Shown: positions 17,387 through 28,000, numbered from the stretch's first letter. The stretch: DNA of 42,390 nt from Clostridia bacterium (GCA_009930125.1 RZYZ01000001.1:1-42390), one strand, 5' to 3'. Translations and numbers: made by a program. Notes: generated by a model not told the origin, from the sequence alone.

Positions 17387-18226
17387 TTATTTTGATTTTC
17401 TGAGATTGCGGTTGTATCTGATGAGTTTCATCATCAGATGGTCGTTGAGCCCATAGCGCCCAAGCTTGTCGTTGAATGAATTCTTTTTTAGGTCCAATTG
17501 ACCATGGAAATCACTTCCACCTGAAATTACCATTCTGCGCTTTTTCGCCAGCGCATAGAACCTGTTGGCCAGCTCCTTCTTGTGGGAAGGATGATAGACT
17601 TCCAGTCCCAGCAGCCCATGCACCTTCAGCTCTGTCAGCAGTGCTTCAAAATGAAGGTTATAGAGCTTCTCGCCGGGATGGGCGAGGACCGTTATTCCGC
17701 CTGCATCTCGCAGCGCTCTCAGCGCCTCGCGTGTATCGATCTTATACCTTTTCTCGTAGGCAATCTTATCCACGTCGAGATAGATATTGAACGCTTCCTT
17801 GATGTTCTTCACGTAACCATGTTCGATGAGAAGCTTCGCGATATGCGCTCTTCCGTAGGAATCCTTCGGCGGAGCCTCATCGGGCAGATGAATATCCATT
17901 TCTTCAAGATTCTTCAGGATCTTATGATATCTTTCGACCCGGTCGGTTTTAAAGCGTTCCAGAAGGTCCAGAAGTGGCTTGTCGAAAGGATCATGGAAAT
18001 AGGACAGTATGTGCAGTTCCAGACCCTTGTAGTAAGTGGAGACTTCCACTCCGCTGATCACCGTAAGATCCTTGTATTCCGTCTGAAGGTTCTCATAAGC
18101 GCCCATGGTGTCATGGTCGGTTATGCTGATGTAACGGATCCCTTTCTCCCTCGCCATTTCAATAATTTCATCAGGTGTAAATGCGCCATCTGAGTAAGTC
18201 GTATGGATGTGCAGATCACTCAGCAT
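17387..18226 (-). CDS. PHP-domain phosphoesterase (TrpH/YciV-like)
   Basis: Motifs DLHIHTTYSDG, ITDHD, GVEVS, GRAHIA, LAHPG, GGSDFHG. Confidence 0.9.
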   Translation of the reverse strand: MLSDLHIHTTYSDGAFTPDEIIEMAREKGIRYISITDHDTMGAYENLQTEYKDLTVISGVEVSTYYKGLELHILSYFHDPFDKPLLDLLERFKTDRVERYHKILKNLEEMDIHLPDEAPPKDSYGRAHIAKLLIEHGYVKNIKEAFNIYLDVDKIAYEKRYKIDTREALRALRDAGGITVLAHPGEKLYNLHFEALLTELKVHGLLGLEVYHPSHKKELANRFYALAKKRRMVISGGSDFHGQLDLKKNSFNDKLGRYGLNDHLMMKLIRYNRNLRKSK

Positions 18227-18529
18227 TTACATCACCTCTTTCTATATATTAAATTTAACATATTCTGGATGAAATGTAATCTCATTCTCCGAAATTAAGC
18301 GGGATTCACATCCTGACAGAGAAAGTCTGTTTTCGCTGAAATACTGCTATCGATTTCATGCCGAAGGTCGGAAAATGTGAAAAAGAAGTCTACTGCTTTG
18401 CGTTTCCACATAGTATCTTTAGGCGGAAACGGACAAAAGAGTAAATTTGTAGAGTTATACTGCAAAATAGTGTCAGGTTCTCCTTTGATGGATATTTTAT
18501 AATGAAGATAGAATCAAAGGAGTGAGTTC

Positions 18530-18892
18530 ATGGAAGCGAAAGATCAGAAAATGAGAATCATACAGGAGTCGGTGCCTGGAAAGCAGATCACCCTGGCCCA
18601 TCTCATCGCCAATCCGGATAGAATCATTTATAAGAAGCTCGGACTGAATCCTCATGTGGACTATCATAAATCATCCATCGGCATCATCACCATGACGCCC
18701 AGCGAAACAGCCATCATTGCGGGGGATCTGGCCGTGAAGACCGCAAACATCGATCTGGGTTTTGTGGACCGGTTCAGCGGAACACTGATCATAACGGGAA
18801 AGATTTCAGAGCTGGAGTCCGCCATGAGAGCCATAACGAACTATGTCAGAGACGCTTTGGGGTTCAGTATCTGTGATGTGACGAGGACCTAG
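18530..18892 (+). CDS. eutS: BMC shell protein, EutS/PduU type
   Basis: Motifs RIIQESVPGKQITLAHLIANP, GIITMTPSETAIIAGD, GFVDRFSG. RBS AAAGGAG. Confidence 0.88.
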   Translation: MEAKDQKMRIIQESVPGKQITLAHLIANPDRIIYKKLGLNPHVDYHKSSIGIITMTPSETAIIAGDLAVKTANIDLGFVDRFSGTLIITGKISELESAMRAITNYVRDALGFSICDVTRT

Positions 18893-18894
18893 CT

Positions 18895-19338
18895 ATGAAG
18901 AAAATGCTACTGGTCGGTCGGAGTGAATCCGGAAAAACCACGTTGACCCAGGCATTGAAAGGAAAGAAGGTCTCTTATCACAAAACACAGTACATCAATT
19001 ACCATGATGTGATCATTGATACACCGGGTGAGTATGCGGAGAACAGAAATCTCTCCCAGGCCCTTGCGCTCTATTCCTATGAGGCGGATGTGGTCGGACT
19101 GCTCATCAGTGCCACGGAACCCTATTCTCTCTTTCCACCCAACGTCGCCCCTTGTGTGAACCGAGAAGTCATCGGCATCGTCACCAAGATCGATCAGGAT
19201 GACGCGGACCCGATCCAGGCGGAAATCTGGCTGAGGCTGACCGGATGTCAGAAGGTGTTCCATGTAAGTGCCGTCACAGGTGATGGAATCAGCGATCTTC
19301 TTGCCTACCTTCTGGAATCTCCTGTGACGTCCCTTTAA
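18895..19338 (+). CDS. eutP: EutP/PduV-family small P-loop NTPase
   Basis: Motifs GRSESGKTT, YHKTQ, IDTPGEY, TKID, VSAVTG. Confidence 0.88.
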   Translation: MKKMLLVGRSESGKTTLTQALKGKKVSYHKTQYINYHDVIIDTPGEYAENRNLSQALALYSYEADVVGLLISATEPYSLFPPNVAPCVNREVIGIVTKIDQDDADPIQAEIWLRLTGCQKVFHVSAVTGDGISDLLAYLLESPVTSL

Positions 19339-19364
19339 ACGTAAAGAAGGAACCTATAATCCAT

Positions 19365-19403
19365 GACCTGGAGCAATTCATCACGAATGTTCCAGGTCTT
19401 TTC
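19365..19403 (+). terminator. Terminator after eutP
   Basis: GACCTGGAGCA...TGTTCCAGGTC followed by TTTT. Confidence 0.65.
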
Positions 19404-19456
19404 TGATGTCTGTATATCTGCGTACTGCAGGCTGAGCATGGAAGCAGTTGGAATGA

Positions 19457-19486
19457 AAAAGAACAGGCCCCGAAGGACCTGTTCTC
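19457..19486 (-). terminator. Terminator after the second PHP gene
   Basis: AGAACAGG...CCTGTTCT with a T-run on the minus strand. Confidence 0.65.
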
Positions 19487-19499
19487 AAGATACGGTTAC

Positions 19500-20417
19500 C
19501 TATTCCAGATGGCTAAGGAGTCCTCTTAGGATTTCCTCATCCTGTTTTCTGCTTCCGTGCTTGCCCAGTGAGATGGCGGGCTTCGTCCTGCCGTGGAAGT
19601 CGCTGCCGGCTGTGAAAAACAGTCCTCTTCTTTGGCATTCGCTCAGGTAATGAGCCCTGGTCTTCTCATCGTGGTAGCTGCTGTAGACCTCGATCCCCAG
19701 AACCCCTTCTGAAAGGATTCCGTCAAGAAGTGCGGTGTCCAGTCCGATGTTCTGACCCGGATGCGCAAGAACCGGTACGCCACCCGTATCCATGATCAGC
19801 TCGACAGCTTCCGAAAGACTCATGTACTGGATGGGCACATAGGCCGGTCTGCCCTTGGCACAGAGATCCCAGTAGAAATTCACGAAAGGATTGTCGCTTC
19901 TGTCTCCCCCTTCGTAGTAGGGAAGCATCAGCGGATGGTTTCTGTTCTCCGGCATCTCCATGGCCACTTCGGCAAGAATCTCGCCTGTGACGATTCCTCC
20001 TCTGGAGATCTCCCGGATGCGTTCTCTGCTGAAGACGATGCCCAGTTTTTCAAGTAAAGCCAGGCGTTCCTCTGAAGAAGACTTCTCCTGTCTTTCCAGA
20101 TCCTCTTCATAGGCTTCATAGCGTCCATCTTCATGGATGCCATAGCCAAGCACATGAAGGTTCACGTTCTCATAGGTGCAGTCCAGTTCGATGGCGGGCA
20201 TCACATGGATACCGTATCTCTTTGCGGTCTTCATGGTTTCGGGAATCCCTCTGATGCTGTTGTGGTCGGAAAGAGCCACCACCTTAAGACCTTTACGATG
20301 GCACATCTCCATCAGTTCTTTTGGACTGTACTCTCCATCCGCACTGTAGTTCGAATGCATATGCAGATCGATGCTGCTCATAGACTTCACCGTTTGTGAA
20401 GGAGATTCTTCCCTCAC
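19500..20417 (-). CDS. PHP-domain phosphoesterase (second, divergent paralog)
   Basis: Motifs DLHMHSNYSADG, LSDHN, IELD, LAHPG, AGSDFHG. Confidence 0.88.
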   Translation of the reverse strand: MREESPSQTVKSMSSIDLHMHSNYSADGEYSPKELMEMCHRKGLKVVALSDHNSIRGIPETMKTAKRYGIHVMPAIELDCTYENVNLHVLGYGIHEDGRYEAYEEDLERQEKSSSEERLALLEKLGIVFSRERIREISRGGIVTGEILAEVAMEMPENRNHPLMLPYYEGGDRSDNPFVNFYWDLCAKGRPAYVPIQYMSLSEAVELIMDTGGVPVLAHPGQNIGLDTALLDGILSEGVLGIEVYSSYHDEKTRAHYLSECQRRGLFFTAGSDFHGRTKPAISLGKHGSRKQDEEILRGLLSHLE

Positions 20418-20429
20418 CCTTTCCTCCTG

Positions 20430-21635
20430 TCAGGAGACGATTTTCTTATGCTGGTCTCGGATTATGGTCCGCTTCTTCATCATGGCATTGATCTTTTCCG
20501 TAGAGAAAAGAAGCAGTGCCAGCAGCGTGAAGAGATAGGGCGTGAATAGCGCCAGATAGCCTCTCCCTGCAAGAAAGCCGAAGAGTGCAGGCATGAAGGT
20601 GCTGCCCATGTAGGCGAAAGCCATCTGGATACCGATGATGCTCTGGGCATGGGCCTTTCCGAAGCGCGCGGGGGTCTCGTGAATCATGCCCGGGAAGATC
20701 GGCGCGCATCCCAGGCCTACAAGAAGAAAACCCGGGAAGAGAAGAAATGAGACGCCGGAGAGGATCAGAAGAATCCCCAGAAGAATCGACAGGATGCCTC
20801 CTCTGATGATGGTGCGGAAGGGAAGTTTCATGGTGATGAACCCGGTGAGAAATCTTCCCAGGGTGATGCCGCCGAAATAGAGTGAGGTATACCTGGCTGC
20901 TGTTTCAGCGCCGTATCCGATGAAATTCACAAGATAGCTGGAACCCCATAGTCCCATGGTCATTTCCACGCCGCAGTAGGCGAAGAAGCTCAAGATGGCA
21001 TACCGGACGCCCGGGATTCTGTAGAGGCTGCCCTCTTCCCTTCTTTCATGAGAATCCTCTTCCGCCTGATCCGAGACGCTTTTCCCTTCGAAGCGCTTCC
21101 ATAAGGGCAGTGTCAGGAAAAGCAGGAGAACGATGCCGATCTGGATGAAGGATATGACCCGATATCCTGCTCTCCATCCACTGCTTGTCAGAAGAAAAAA
21201 GGACAGGATCATGGGCCCTGTGGTGGCGCCTACACCCCAGAAGCTGTGCAGCCAGCTCATGTGTTTTGCCTCATAGTTGAGGGACACATAACCGTTCAGG
21301 GCTGCATCCACAGAACCTGCCCCCAGGCCCAGAGGAAGAGTCAGAAAAGCAAGCCAGTAAAAGTCCGGTGCCAGAGAGAAGCCCAGAAGGGCCAGAGCGG
21401 TCATAAGTACGCTTATAAGGGTCACTTTCCCTGTACCGAAACGCCTTGTTACACGTCCGCTGAGGAAACTGGAGAGGATGGTCCCGCCTGTGGTCAGAAC
21501 GGACAGGATGCCCGCGTTTTCAATAGGAATGCCCAGGGACTGATGCATGACTGGCCAGGATGCGCCTAAGGCGGAATCTGGAAGTCCCAGACCGATGAAT
21601 GCCACGTAGATGACTATAAGGAAAAATGTTGCCAT
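20430..21635 (-). CDS. MFS transporter (fucose-permease-like)
   Basis: About 12 TM segments. Motifs FIGLGLPDS, GAGSVDAALN, WLHSFWGVG, GCAPIFP. Start at MATFF (21635) or GTG (21665). Confidence 0.88.
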   Translation of the reverse strand: MATFFLIVIYVAFIGLGLPDSALGASWPVMHQSLGIPIENAGILSVLTTGGTILSSFLSGRVTRRFGTGKVTLISVLMTALALLGFSLAPDFYWLAFLTLPLGLGAGSVDAALNGYVSLNYEAKHMSWLHSFWGVGATTGPMILSFFLLTSSGWRAGYRVISFIQIGIVLLLFLTLPLWKRFEGKSVSDQAEEDSHERREEGSLYRIPGVRYAILSFFAYCGVEMTMGLWGSSYLVNFIGYGAETAARYTSLYFGGITLGRFLTGFITMKLPFRTIIRGGILSILLGILLILSGVSFLLFPGFLLVGLGCAPIFPGMIHETPARFGKAHAQSIIGIQMAFAYMGSTFMPALFGFLAGRGYLALFTPYLFTLLALLLFSTEKINAMMKKRTIIRDQHKKIVS

Positions 21636-21687
21636 GTTCTTTCTCGCTTTCTTGTACTGATGCACCTATGGTGCAAAGATTAGTTCA

Positions 21688-21716
21688 ATTATAGAGGGTC
21701 TCTTCTGAAGGGTCAA
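21688..21716 (-). promoter_or_regulatory. SigA-type promoter of the MFS-PHP operon
   Basis: TTGACC-17-TATAAT on the minus strand. Confidence 0.7.
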
Positions 21717-21729
21717 GAAGAGCGCAAGG

Positions 21730-21760
21730 AAAAAGAGCAGGTCCTAAGATCTGCTCTTTT
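21730..21760. terminator. rny terminator (bidirectional)
   Basis: AAAAGAGCAG...CTGCTCTTTT. Confidence 0.75.
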
Positions 21761-21804
21761 CTAACTTTCAAATTCAATTTCCGAATCCTTTTACAGGTTC
21801 CGGA

Positions 21805-23361
21805 TTACTTCGCGTAATCAACAGATCGGGTTTCTCTAATGACATTGATCTTGATCTGTCCAGGGTATTCCATTTCTTCCTCTATTCTCTTGACCAGGGA
21901 TCTTGCCATCAGCATTGCGCCCGCATCATCAACCACATCAGGTTTAACAATGATTCTGATTTCTCTTCCAGCTTGAATTGCATATGACTTCTCAACGCCT
22001 TCGTAAGAATTTGCAATTTCTTCCAGTTTCTGGAGTCTCTTTATGTAGTTTTCCAGAGTTTCACGTCTTGCACCAGGTCTTGCCGCAGAGATTGCATCTG
22101 CCGCCTGTACCAGTACCGCTTCCATGGACATCATCTCCACATCACCATGATGGGCTCCGATGGCATTTACAACGAGTGCCGACTCATGATACTTCTTCGC
22201 CAGATCTGCACCGATCAGTGCATGACCGCCTTCTACTTCGTGATCCACGGCTTTACCGATGTCATGAAGCAGTCCTGCTCTTTTTGCAAGTGTTACGTCT
22301 AATCCCAGTTCTGTTGCCATGAGGCCTGCCAGATTGGCGACTTCTATGGAATGCTTGAGGACATTCTGTCCGTAGCTTGTTCTGAACTTCAGTCTTCCCA
22401 GAAGTTTCAGCAGTTCCGGGTGAATTCCATGAAGGCCGATTTCGAATGAAGCCTGTTCGCCTTCTTCCTTGATCACATTCTCCACGTCTTTCTTGGATTT
22501 CTCCACCATCTCTTCAATTCTTGCAGGATGAATTCTTCCATCTACAATGAGTTTCTCTAGTGTCAGTTTTGCAACTTCTCTTCGGATCGGATCGAAACTG
22601 GATAGGATTACAGCCTCTGGAGTGTCATCAATGATGAGATCCACGCCTGTAAGGGTTTCCAGTGTTCGGATGTTTCTACCTTCTCTTCCGATGATTCTAC
22701 CCTTCATTTCGTCGTTCGGCAGGGATACGACATGCACTGTGGTTTCAGATACATGATCCGCTGCACACCTCTGAATCGAAGTGGTAATGATTTCTCTCGC
22801 CTTCTTGTCCGCCTCTTCCTTTGCTCTGGATTCCATTTCCTTCACCATCAGTGTCAGGTCTCTTTGAACCTCACCTCTGACTTCATCCATCAGCACTTTC
22901 TTTGCGTCCTCTTGTGTGAGACCGGCGATTTTTTCCAGTTCAGTTCTTCTTGCTGCGAGGAGCTCTTCCGTCTCGTTCTCTTTGACAGTCAGATCGGAAA
23001 TTTTCTTGTTGAGGGTTTCCTCTTTCTTTTCCAGCTGTTCCAGTTTCTTGTCCAAGGATTCTTCTTTCTGGATGGTCCTTCTTTCAAGTCTCTGGACTTC
23101 GCTTCGTCTTTCTCTGACTTCCTTTTCCGCTTCAGTTTTCAGCTTGAATGCCTCATCTTTTGCTTCAAGAGATGCTTCCTTCTTAAGTGCTTCCGCCTCT
23201 TTCTTCGAATCCTCGAGGATTCTCCTGCTGTCTTTTTCCGCATCGCCAAGAATTTCCTTGGCTTTTTTCAATTTACTATTTGATAAATATAAGATTATGG
23301 CACCTACCACCAGTAATGTAACAACGCCTGTTACGATAATAGCGATTTGTTCTGTGCTCAT
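21805..23361 (-). CDS. rny: Ribonuclease Y
   Basis: N-terminal TM, coiled coil, KH domain ([14 protein letters not shown]), HD domain (LLHDIGK), [14 protein letters not shown]. Confidence 0.97.
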   Translation of the reverse strand: MSTEQIAIIVTGVVTLLVVGAIILYLSNSKLKKAKEILGDAEKDSRRILEDSKKEAEALKKEASLEAKDEAFKLKTEAEKEVRERRSEVQRLERRTIQKEESLDKKLEQLEKKEETLNKKISDLTVKENETEELLAARRTELEKIAGLTQEDAKKVLMDEVRGEVQRDLTLMVKEMESRAKEEADKKAREIITTSIQRCAADHVSETTVHVVSLPNDEMKGRIIGREGRNIRTLETLTGVDLIIDDTPEAVILSSFDPIRREVAKLTLEKLIVDGRIHPARIEEMVEKSKKDVENVIKEEGEQASFEIGLHGIHPELLKLLGRLKFRTSYGQNVLKHSIEVANLAGLMATELGLDVTLAKRAGLLHDIGKAVDHEVEGGHALIGADLAKKYHESALVVNAIGAHHGDVEMMSMEAVLVQAADAISAARPGARRETLENYIKRLQKLEEIANSYEGVEKSYAIQAGREIRIIVKPDVVDDAGAMLMARSLVKRIEEEMEYPGQIKINVIRETRSVDYAK

Positions 23362-23465
23362 ATTTACACCTCCTTGCTTTTTTAGTCATTTTTTATAGCT
23401 AAATGTGAAAGCTTGGAAAGTGCATATCATTCTCACTGTGAATTTTGATAAACCAATACAAATTT

Positions 23466-23494
23466 ATTGTATCTTATCCAATTATAAGTGTCAA
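23466..23494 (-). promoter_or_regulatory. SigA promoter of rny
   Basis: TTGACA-17-TACAAT on the minus strand. Confidence 0.75.
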
Positions 23495-23637
23495 ATAAAT
23501 CCTGTGAGATTAACCGGTAAAATCACACCTTCTGTAAACCTTTTACCGAAGGTGTCATGAGGCGCATAGGCTCTTGTTCTGAGGCGTCTCAAACAAATCG
23601 TTTCAGTATCAGAAGCTTTTCGCTGTTCTGCCGGCAT

Positions 23638-23672
23638 AAAAAAGAGACCGGTTCTTGAACCAGTCTCTTTTT
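23638..23672 (-). terminator. recA terminator
   Basis: AAAAAGAGACCGGTTC / GAACCAGTCTCTTTTT. Confidence 0.78.
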
Positions 23673-23676
23673 GAAC

Positions 23677-24756
23677 CTATTTCTTTTTCTTACTTGTTTC
23701 TTCTTCTTCGATTTCAGCGATGATTTCCTTGGCTTCGATGATCTCCGCCATCTTGGCCAGTGGCAGTTCATACTTCGCACGGATCTTGTTTTCGATTTCC
23801 AGAAGCAGTTCCGGATTTTCGGCAAGATAGTTCTTGGAGTTTTCTCTACCCTGACCAAGTCGGGTTCCTTCATAGGAGAACCATGCACCGGACTTGTCCA
23901 CGATTTCTTCACTGACACCTACATCCAGCACATTTCCTTCTCTGGAAATACCACCATTGTACATGATGTCAAACTCTGCCATCTTGAATGGTGCAGCGAC
24001 TTTGTTCTTGATGACTTTGATTCTGGTTCTGTTCCCTATGACGCTGTCTCCGCTCTTGATGGAATCGATTCTTCTGATGTCCATTCTGACAGAAGAATAG
24101 AATTTCAGTGCACGTCCACCTGGTGTCGTTTCAGGGTTACCGAACATGACGCCGATCTTCTCTCTCAGCTGATTGATGAAGAGAATGCTGCAGTTGGTCT
24201 TGCTTACCGTACCGGCGAGCTTTCTTAGAGCCTGGGACATAAGTCTTGCCTGAAGGCCCATATGGCTGTCCCCCATCTCTCCTTCGATTTCCGCTCTGGG
24301 CACCAGTGCGGCTACGGAGTCGACGATGACAAGATCGATGGCGTTGGACCTGACAAGAGCCTCGGCGATTTCCATGGCCTGCTCTCCTGTATCCGGCTGG
24401 GATACCAGCAGATTGTCAATGTCCACACCCAGTCTTTTCGCATACTGAGGATCCAGTGCGTGTTCCGCATCGATGAAAGCGGCGATTCCGCCAAGTTTCT
24501 GTGCTTCGGCAATACAATGCAGAGCTACAGTGGTCTTACCTGATGATTCAGGTCCGTATATTTCAATGATTCTTCCCTTTGGAATTCCGCCGATGCCCAG
24601 TGCGATGTCCAGTCCCAGACATCCTGTAGGGATGGAAGCCAGATTAAGCTTGGAATCTGCACCCAGTTTCATTACGGAACCTTTACCAAACTGTTTTTCA
24701 ATCTGATTCATGGCAGCGTCCAAAGCTTTCATTTTATCTGCATTAATATTAGCCAA
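23677..24756 (-). CDS. recA: Recombinase A
   Basis: Motifs [44 protein letters not shown]. Likely TTG start at 24756, 8 nt after AAGGAG. Confidence 0.98.
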   Translation of the reverse strand: MANINADKMKALDAAMNQIEKQFGKGSVMKLGADSKLNLASIPTGCLGLDIALGIGGIPKGRIIEIYGPESSGKTTVALHCIAEAQKLGGIAAFIDAEHALDPQYAKRLGVDIDNLLVSQPDTGEQAMEIAEALVRSNAIDLVIVDSVAALVPRAEIEGEMGDSHMGLQARLMSQALRKLAGTVSKTNCSILFINQLREKIGVMFGNPETTPGGRALKFYSSVRMDIRRIDSIKSGDSVIGNRTRIKVIKNKVAAPFKMAEFDIMYNGGISREGNVLDVGVSEEIVDKSGAWFSYEGTRLGQGRENSKNYLAENPELLLEIENKIRAKYELPLAKMAEIIEAKEIIAEIEEEETSKKKK

Positions 24757-24801
24757 ATCATTCACTCCTTGTGTGTTAAATTCTGTCGTTCTTCAAATAA
24801 A

Positions 24802-24813
24802 GAACATCCGTTC
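24802..24813. promoter_or_regulatory. LexA (Cheo/SOS) box
   Basis: GAAC-ATCC-GTTC matches the Firmicute GAAC-N4-GTTC consensus and lies just downstream of the recA -10. Confidence 0.85.
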
Positions 24814-24820
24814 AAAAATT

Positions 24821-24849
24821 ATTATATGTCAAAAATCAGGGACTGTCAA
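24821..24849 (-). promoter_or_regulatory. Consensus SigA promoter of recA
   Basis: TTGACA-17-TATAAT on the minus strand. Confidence 0.85.
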
Positions 24850-24889
24850 CCGGATTCCCTACTGTATATTATAGGGAATGATGCACTTT

Positions 24890-25981
24890 CTATTCCTTCT
24901 TTTTCTCCAGTTTGTCCATATAGGCTTTGATTTCCAGAAGGATCTCGTCTTCACTGTCCATGAGCTCCCCGATGGCGATATGATCCTTCGCGGCTTTCAG
25001 ATCGCCCAGATTGATGTAGCACATGATGAGATTCGTGAGAATCTCGATGGTCCGGACCTGCTCGAACAGTGTTCTGAAATAGTTCACCGCCTGGGTATAG
25101 TCTCCGATGGCCGCGTAGTTGATGCCCAGTTCATTGAGGACATCCACATAGGCCTCGTCAATGGCCAGAGCATCATTCAGATAGAAGATGGCCTTCTCGT
25201 GGTTCTTGAGGATTCTGTAGGCGATGGCGATCATGAGAAGGAGCCTTGGATTGTCTTCTTCCCTGCTCAGAAGCGGCAGCACCAGTTCTAGGAACCGTTC
25301 GGGATTATCGTAGAGAATCTCCTCTCCTTCGGTGATTCTGGACTTCCGGTCAAGAAATTCCATCTCTTCGGTGATTTCGCTGGTTTCTTCTCCGCCCAGT
25401 CTCAGATACGCTCGGATGTTGTGGAGCGCTCCGGCGAAGTCCTCCTTGAATCTCAGAGCGGACCCCTTGAAGAGATAGCCCTCGATGACGCCAAGAGCGA
25501 TGGCTTCATCGGCATATTTCTGAAGTGCTTCTCTGTACATGGACATCTTCAGGGAAAGCTCCTCCAGTAGCACCAGTGCGTTTTTCAGCACTTCCTTCTC
25601 TCCATGAACATGATAGAGTCCAAGAAGATAGATCAGGGCTTCTTCCAGCTTTTCCTCCCGGATCAGCTTCGTGACCAGCCCTTTGATGACCGACGCCCTG
25701 CTGAGCCGGTTCAGGATCGTTTTGTAGAGATCCATCTGGTTGAAGCTGTGATCCGCGCCCGCCACATAGTACATCCCCTTGACGAATTCGCCGAAGGGAA
25801 GATTTTTTGTCAGATCCTCGTTGATGTTCTCTGCGATATACTCAGGAGACAGAGGAAGAAAAAGCTCTTCCTCTGTCTCTCTGATTTCAGGAATCTGAAA
25901 ATGGTCAACGAGTATGTTTTTGTTGATCTCAAGAAAAATGAGACCGGATAAGTTTGATTTCAGATGATTGATGTAATCCAA
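24890..25981 (-). CDS. Tetratricopeptide-repeat protein
   Basis: C-terminal TPR patterns (IAIAYRILKNHEKAIFYLNDAL; ELGINYAAIGDYTQAVNYF). RBS AGGAGG. Confidence 0.8.
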   Translation of the reverse strand: MDYINHLKSNLSGLIFLEINKNILVDHFQIPEIRETEEELFLPLSPEYIAENINEDLTKNLPFGEFVKGMYYVAGADHSFNQMDLYKTILNRLSRASVIKGLVTKLIREEKLEEALIYLLGLYHVHGEKEVLKNALVLLEELSLKMSMYREALQKYADEAIALGVIEGYLFKGSALRFKEDFAGALHNIRAYLRLGGEETSEITEEMEFLDRKSRITEGEEILYDNPERFLELVLPLLSREEDNPRLLLMIAIAYRILKNHEKAIFYLNDALAIDEAYVDVLNELGINYAAIGDYTQAVNYFRTLFEQVRTIEILTNLIMCYINLGDLKAAKDHIAIGELMDSEDEILLEIKAYMDKLEKKKE

Positions 25982-26001
25982 TTGGACCTCCTATTGTGCG
26001 C

Positions 26002-27726
26002 TTAGAAGCCTTTATTGACAAGAGAGATGATTTCCTTCTTGAATGCTTCCAGCTTGCGGTCTGCATCTTCCAGCGAATTTCCTTTTACCGCCATATACGC
26101 CTTCATCTTCGGCTCTGTTCCTGATGGTCTCACGACAAACCAGGATTCATCCTCGAGCATGTACTTGATGACATTGGATTCAGGCAGCGTGATCGGTGTC
26201 TTCTCACCGGTTTTGATGTTGACTCTTTCTCTCAGTTTATAGTCCTCCTTATAGAGGGCTTTCACGCCGTCTATTTCGGTGATGGTATTGTTTCTGAAGT
26301 AGTCGATGCACTTTCTGATCTGGTCTTTTCCGTCTTTTCCGGTTTTTGTGAACGACTCGATCTCTTCGCGGAAGAATCCGTACTTTTCGTAGATCTCAAT
26401 AAGCGCATCATAGAGCGTCATGCCCTTGGTCTTGTAGTAAGTTGCGATTTCACACAGAATCATGGAAGCCACCACGGCATCCTTATCTCGTACAAAGGTT
26501 CCGGCAAGATAACCGAAGGATTCTTCAAATCCGAAGAGGAAGGTTTTTTCCTTGGTTTCCTTGTATTCTTCAATCTTCTCCCCGATGTATTTGAATCCGG
26601 TGAGCACATCCAGAAGCTCCACACCGAAGTCCTCGGTGATGTTTCGGACGCTCTCTGTGGATACGATGGTCTTGATGACCACGCCATTGTCCGGCACCTT
26701 ATTCTCTTCCTTCATGGCTTTCAGGAGATAGTAGGTGATGAGCATACCGATCTGATTACCGGACAATACCTGATTGTTCCCCTGATTGTCCTTCACGATG
26801 ACCCCTACTCGGTCTGCATCCGGATCCGTTCCGAAGATGATGTCGGGCTTCACCTCTTCCGCCAGCTTCAGTGCAAGTTCGAAGACCTGAGGATTTTCAG
26901 GATTCGGATAAGGTGCCGTGGGGAAAGTTCCATCCGGGAGCTCCTGCTCCTTCACCACGTGCACATTGGTATAGCCCAGTTCCTTCAGCACACGACGCAC
27001 GGGGATATTTCCGGAACCATGAATCGGTGTGTAGATGATGGAAAGACTCTTCGCATTTTCCTTCAGCATGTCCTTTTTGACCGTCAGGGTCTTGATGGAA
27101 TCAATATAGGTTTTCAGCACGTCTTCTCCGATGTACTGAAGCAGTCCCTTTTCAAGGGCCTCTTCTTCGGACATGGACGCCACTTCATCAAATTTCTCGA
27201 TGGATCGGATCTCCGCAAGAATCTTGTCCGCTTCCTCATCGGTGACCTGTCCTCCATAGGAACCATAGACTTTGTAGCCGTTATAGGCCTGAGGATTATG
27301 AGAAGCTGTGATGACGATGCCTGCACTGGTCTCATAATGTCTTACCGCAAATGAGAGCAGCGGCACAGGTGCCAGAGTGTCATAAAGATAGACTTTCACA
27401 CCATGGGCACAGAGAATCAGCGCAGATACCTTCGCGAACTCATCGGACTTGATTCTTGAGTCGTAGGCGATGGCACAGGATGGATTCTCCACGGTCTTAG
27501 TGAGATGCCTAGCCAGGCCTTCTGTTGCCTTTCCGACTGTATGGATGTTCATTCGATTGGTTCCAGCGCCCAGAATTCCTCTTAAACCTGCTGTACCGAA
27601 TTCCAGTTCGGTATAGAATCTGTCCTCCAGTTCCTTTTCCTCTGTGATTGCTCTGAGTTCCTCTTTGAATTCCTCTGATACAAATTCGCTTTCAAGCCAT
27701 TCCTGCAGTTTTTCTTTATAGGACAT
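26002..27726 (-). CDS. pgcA: Phosphoglucomutase / phospho-sugar mutase
   Basis: Motifs FGTAGLRG, ITASHNP, DPDADR, GFEESFG, RPSGTEPK. Start MSYKE after AAGGAGG. Confidence 0.92.
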   Translation of the reverse strand: MSYKEKLQEWLESEFVSEEFKEELRAITEEKELEDRFYTELEFGTAGLRGILGAGTNRMNIHTVGKATEGLARHLTKTVENPSCAIAYDSRIKSDEFAKVSALILCAHGVKVYLYDTLAPVPLLSFAVRHYETSAGIVITASHNPQAYNGYKVYGSYGGQVTDEEADKILAEIRSIEKFDEVASMSEEEALEKGLLQYIGEDVLKTYIDSIKTLTVKKDMLKENAKSLSIIYTPIHGSGNIPVRRVLKELGYTNVHVVKEQELPDGTFPTAPYPNPENPQVFELALKLAEEVKPDIIFGTDPDADRVGVIVKDNQGNNQVLSGNQIGMLITYYLLKAMKEENKVPDNGVVIKTIVSTESVRNITEDFGVELLDVLTGFKYIGEKIEEYKETKEKTFLFGFEESFGYLAGTFVRDKDAVVASMILCEIATYYKTKGMTLYDALIEIYEKYGFFREEIESFTKTGKDGKDQIRKCIDYFRNNTITEIDGVKALYKEDYKLRERVNIKTGEKTPITLPESNVIKYMLEDESWFVVRPSGTEPKMKAYMAVKGNSLEDADRKLEAFKKEIISLVNKGF

Positions 27727-28000
27727 GCTGATTTCCTCCTTGGTTATACATACTTTACTCACATTATAATATATTCCTGCTGAGATTTCACAGATTTATC
27801 TCGCTTTCTCCCATGTTTATGGTAAAAGAGAATATTTACGAAAGATGAGATGAAAATATTGTCATTATATAATAGAATGGAAGTAACGAAGTAGTGAGAT
27901 TTTTCATTGTAAAAAAGAAGAATTATGCTATTATTAAATAGTTATTTTTGACATGAATGTCATGGAAATCGGAGAATACGGAAAGAAGGTGGCTGTAAAG

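Noticed and set aside
14562-18193. Long + strand ORFs of 252, 288 and 203 aa
   Set aside because: Antisense to the well-supported MBL hydrolase, aminotransferase and PHP genes.
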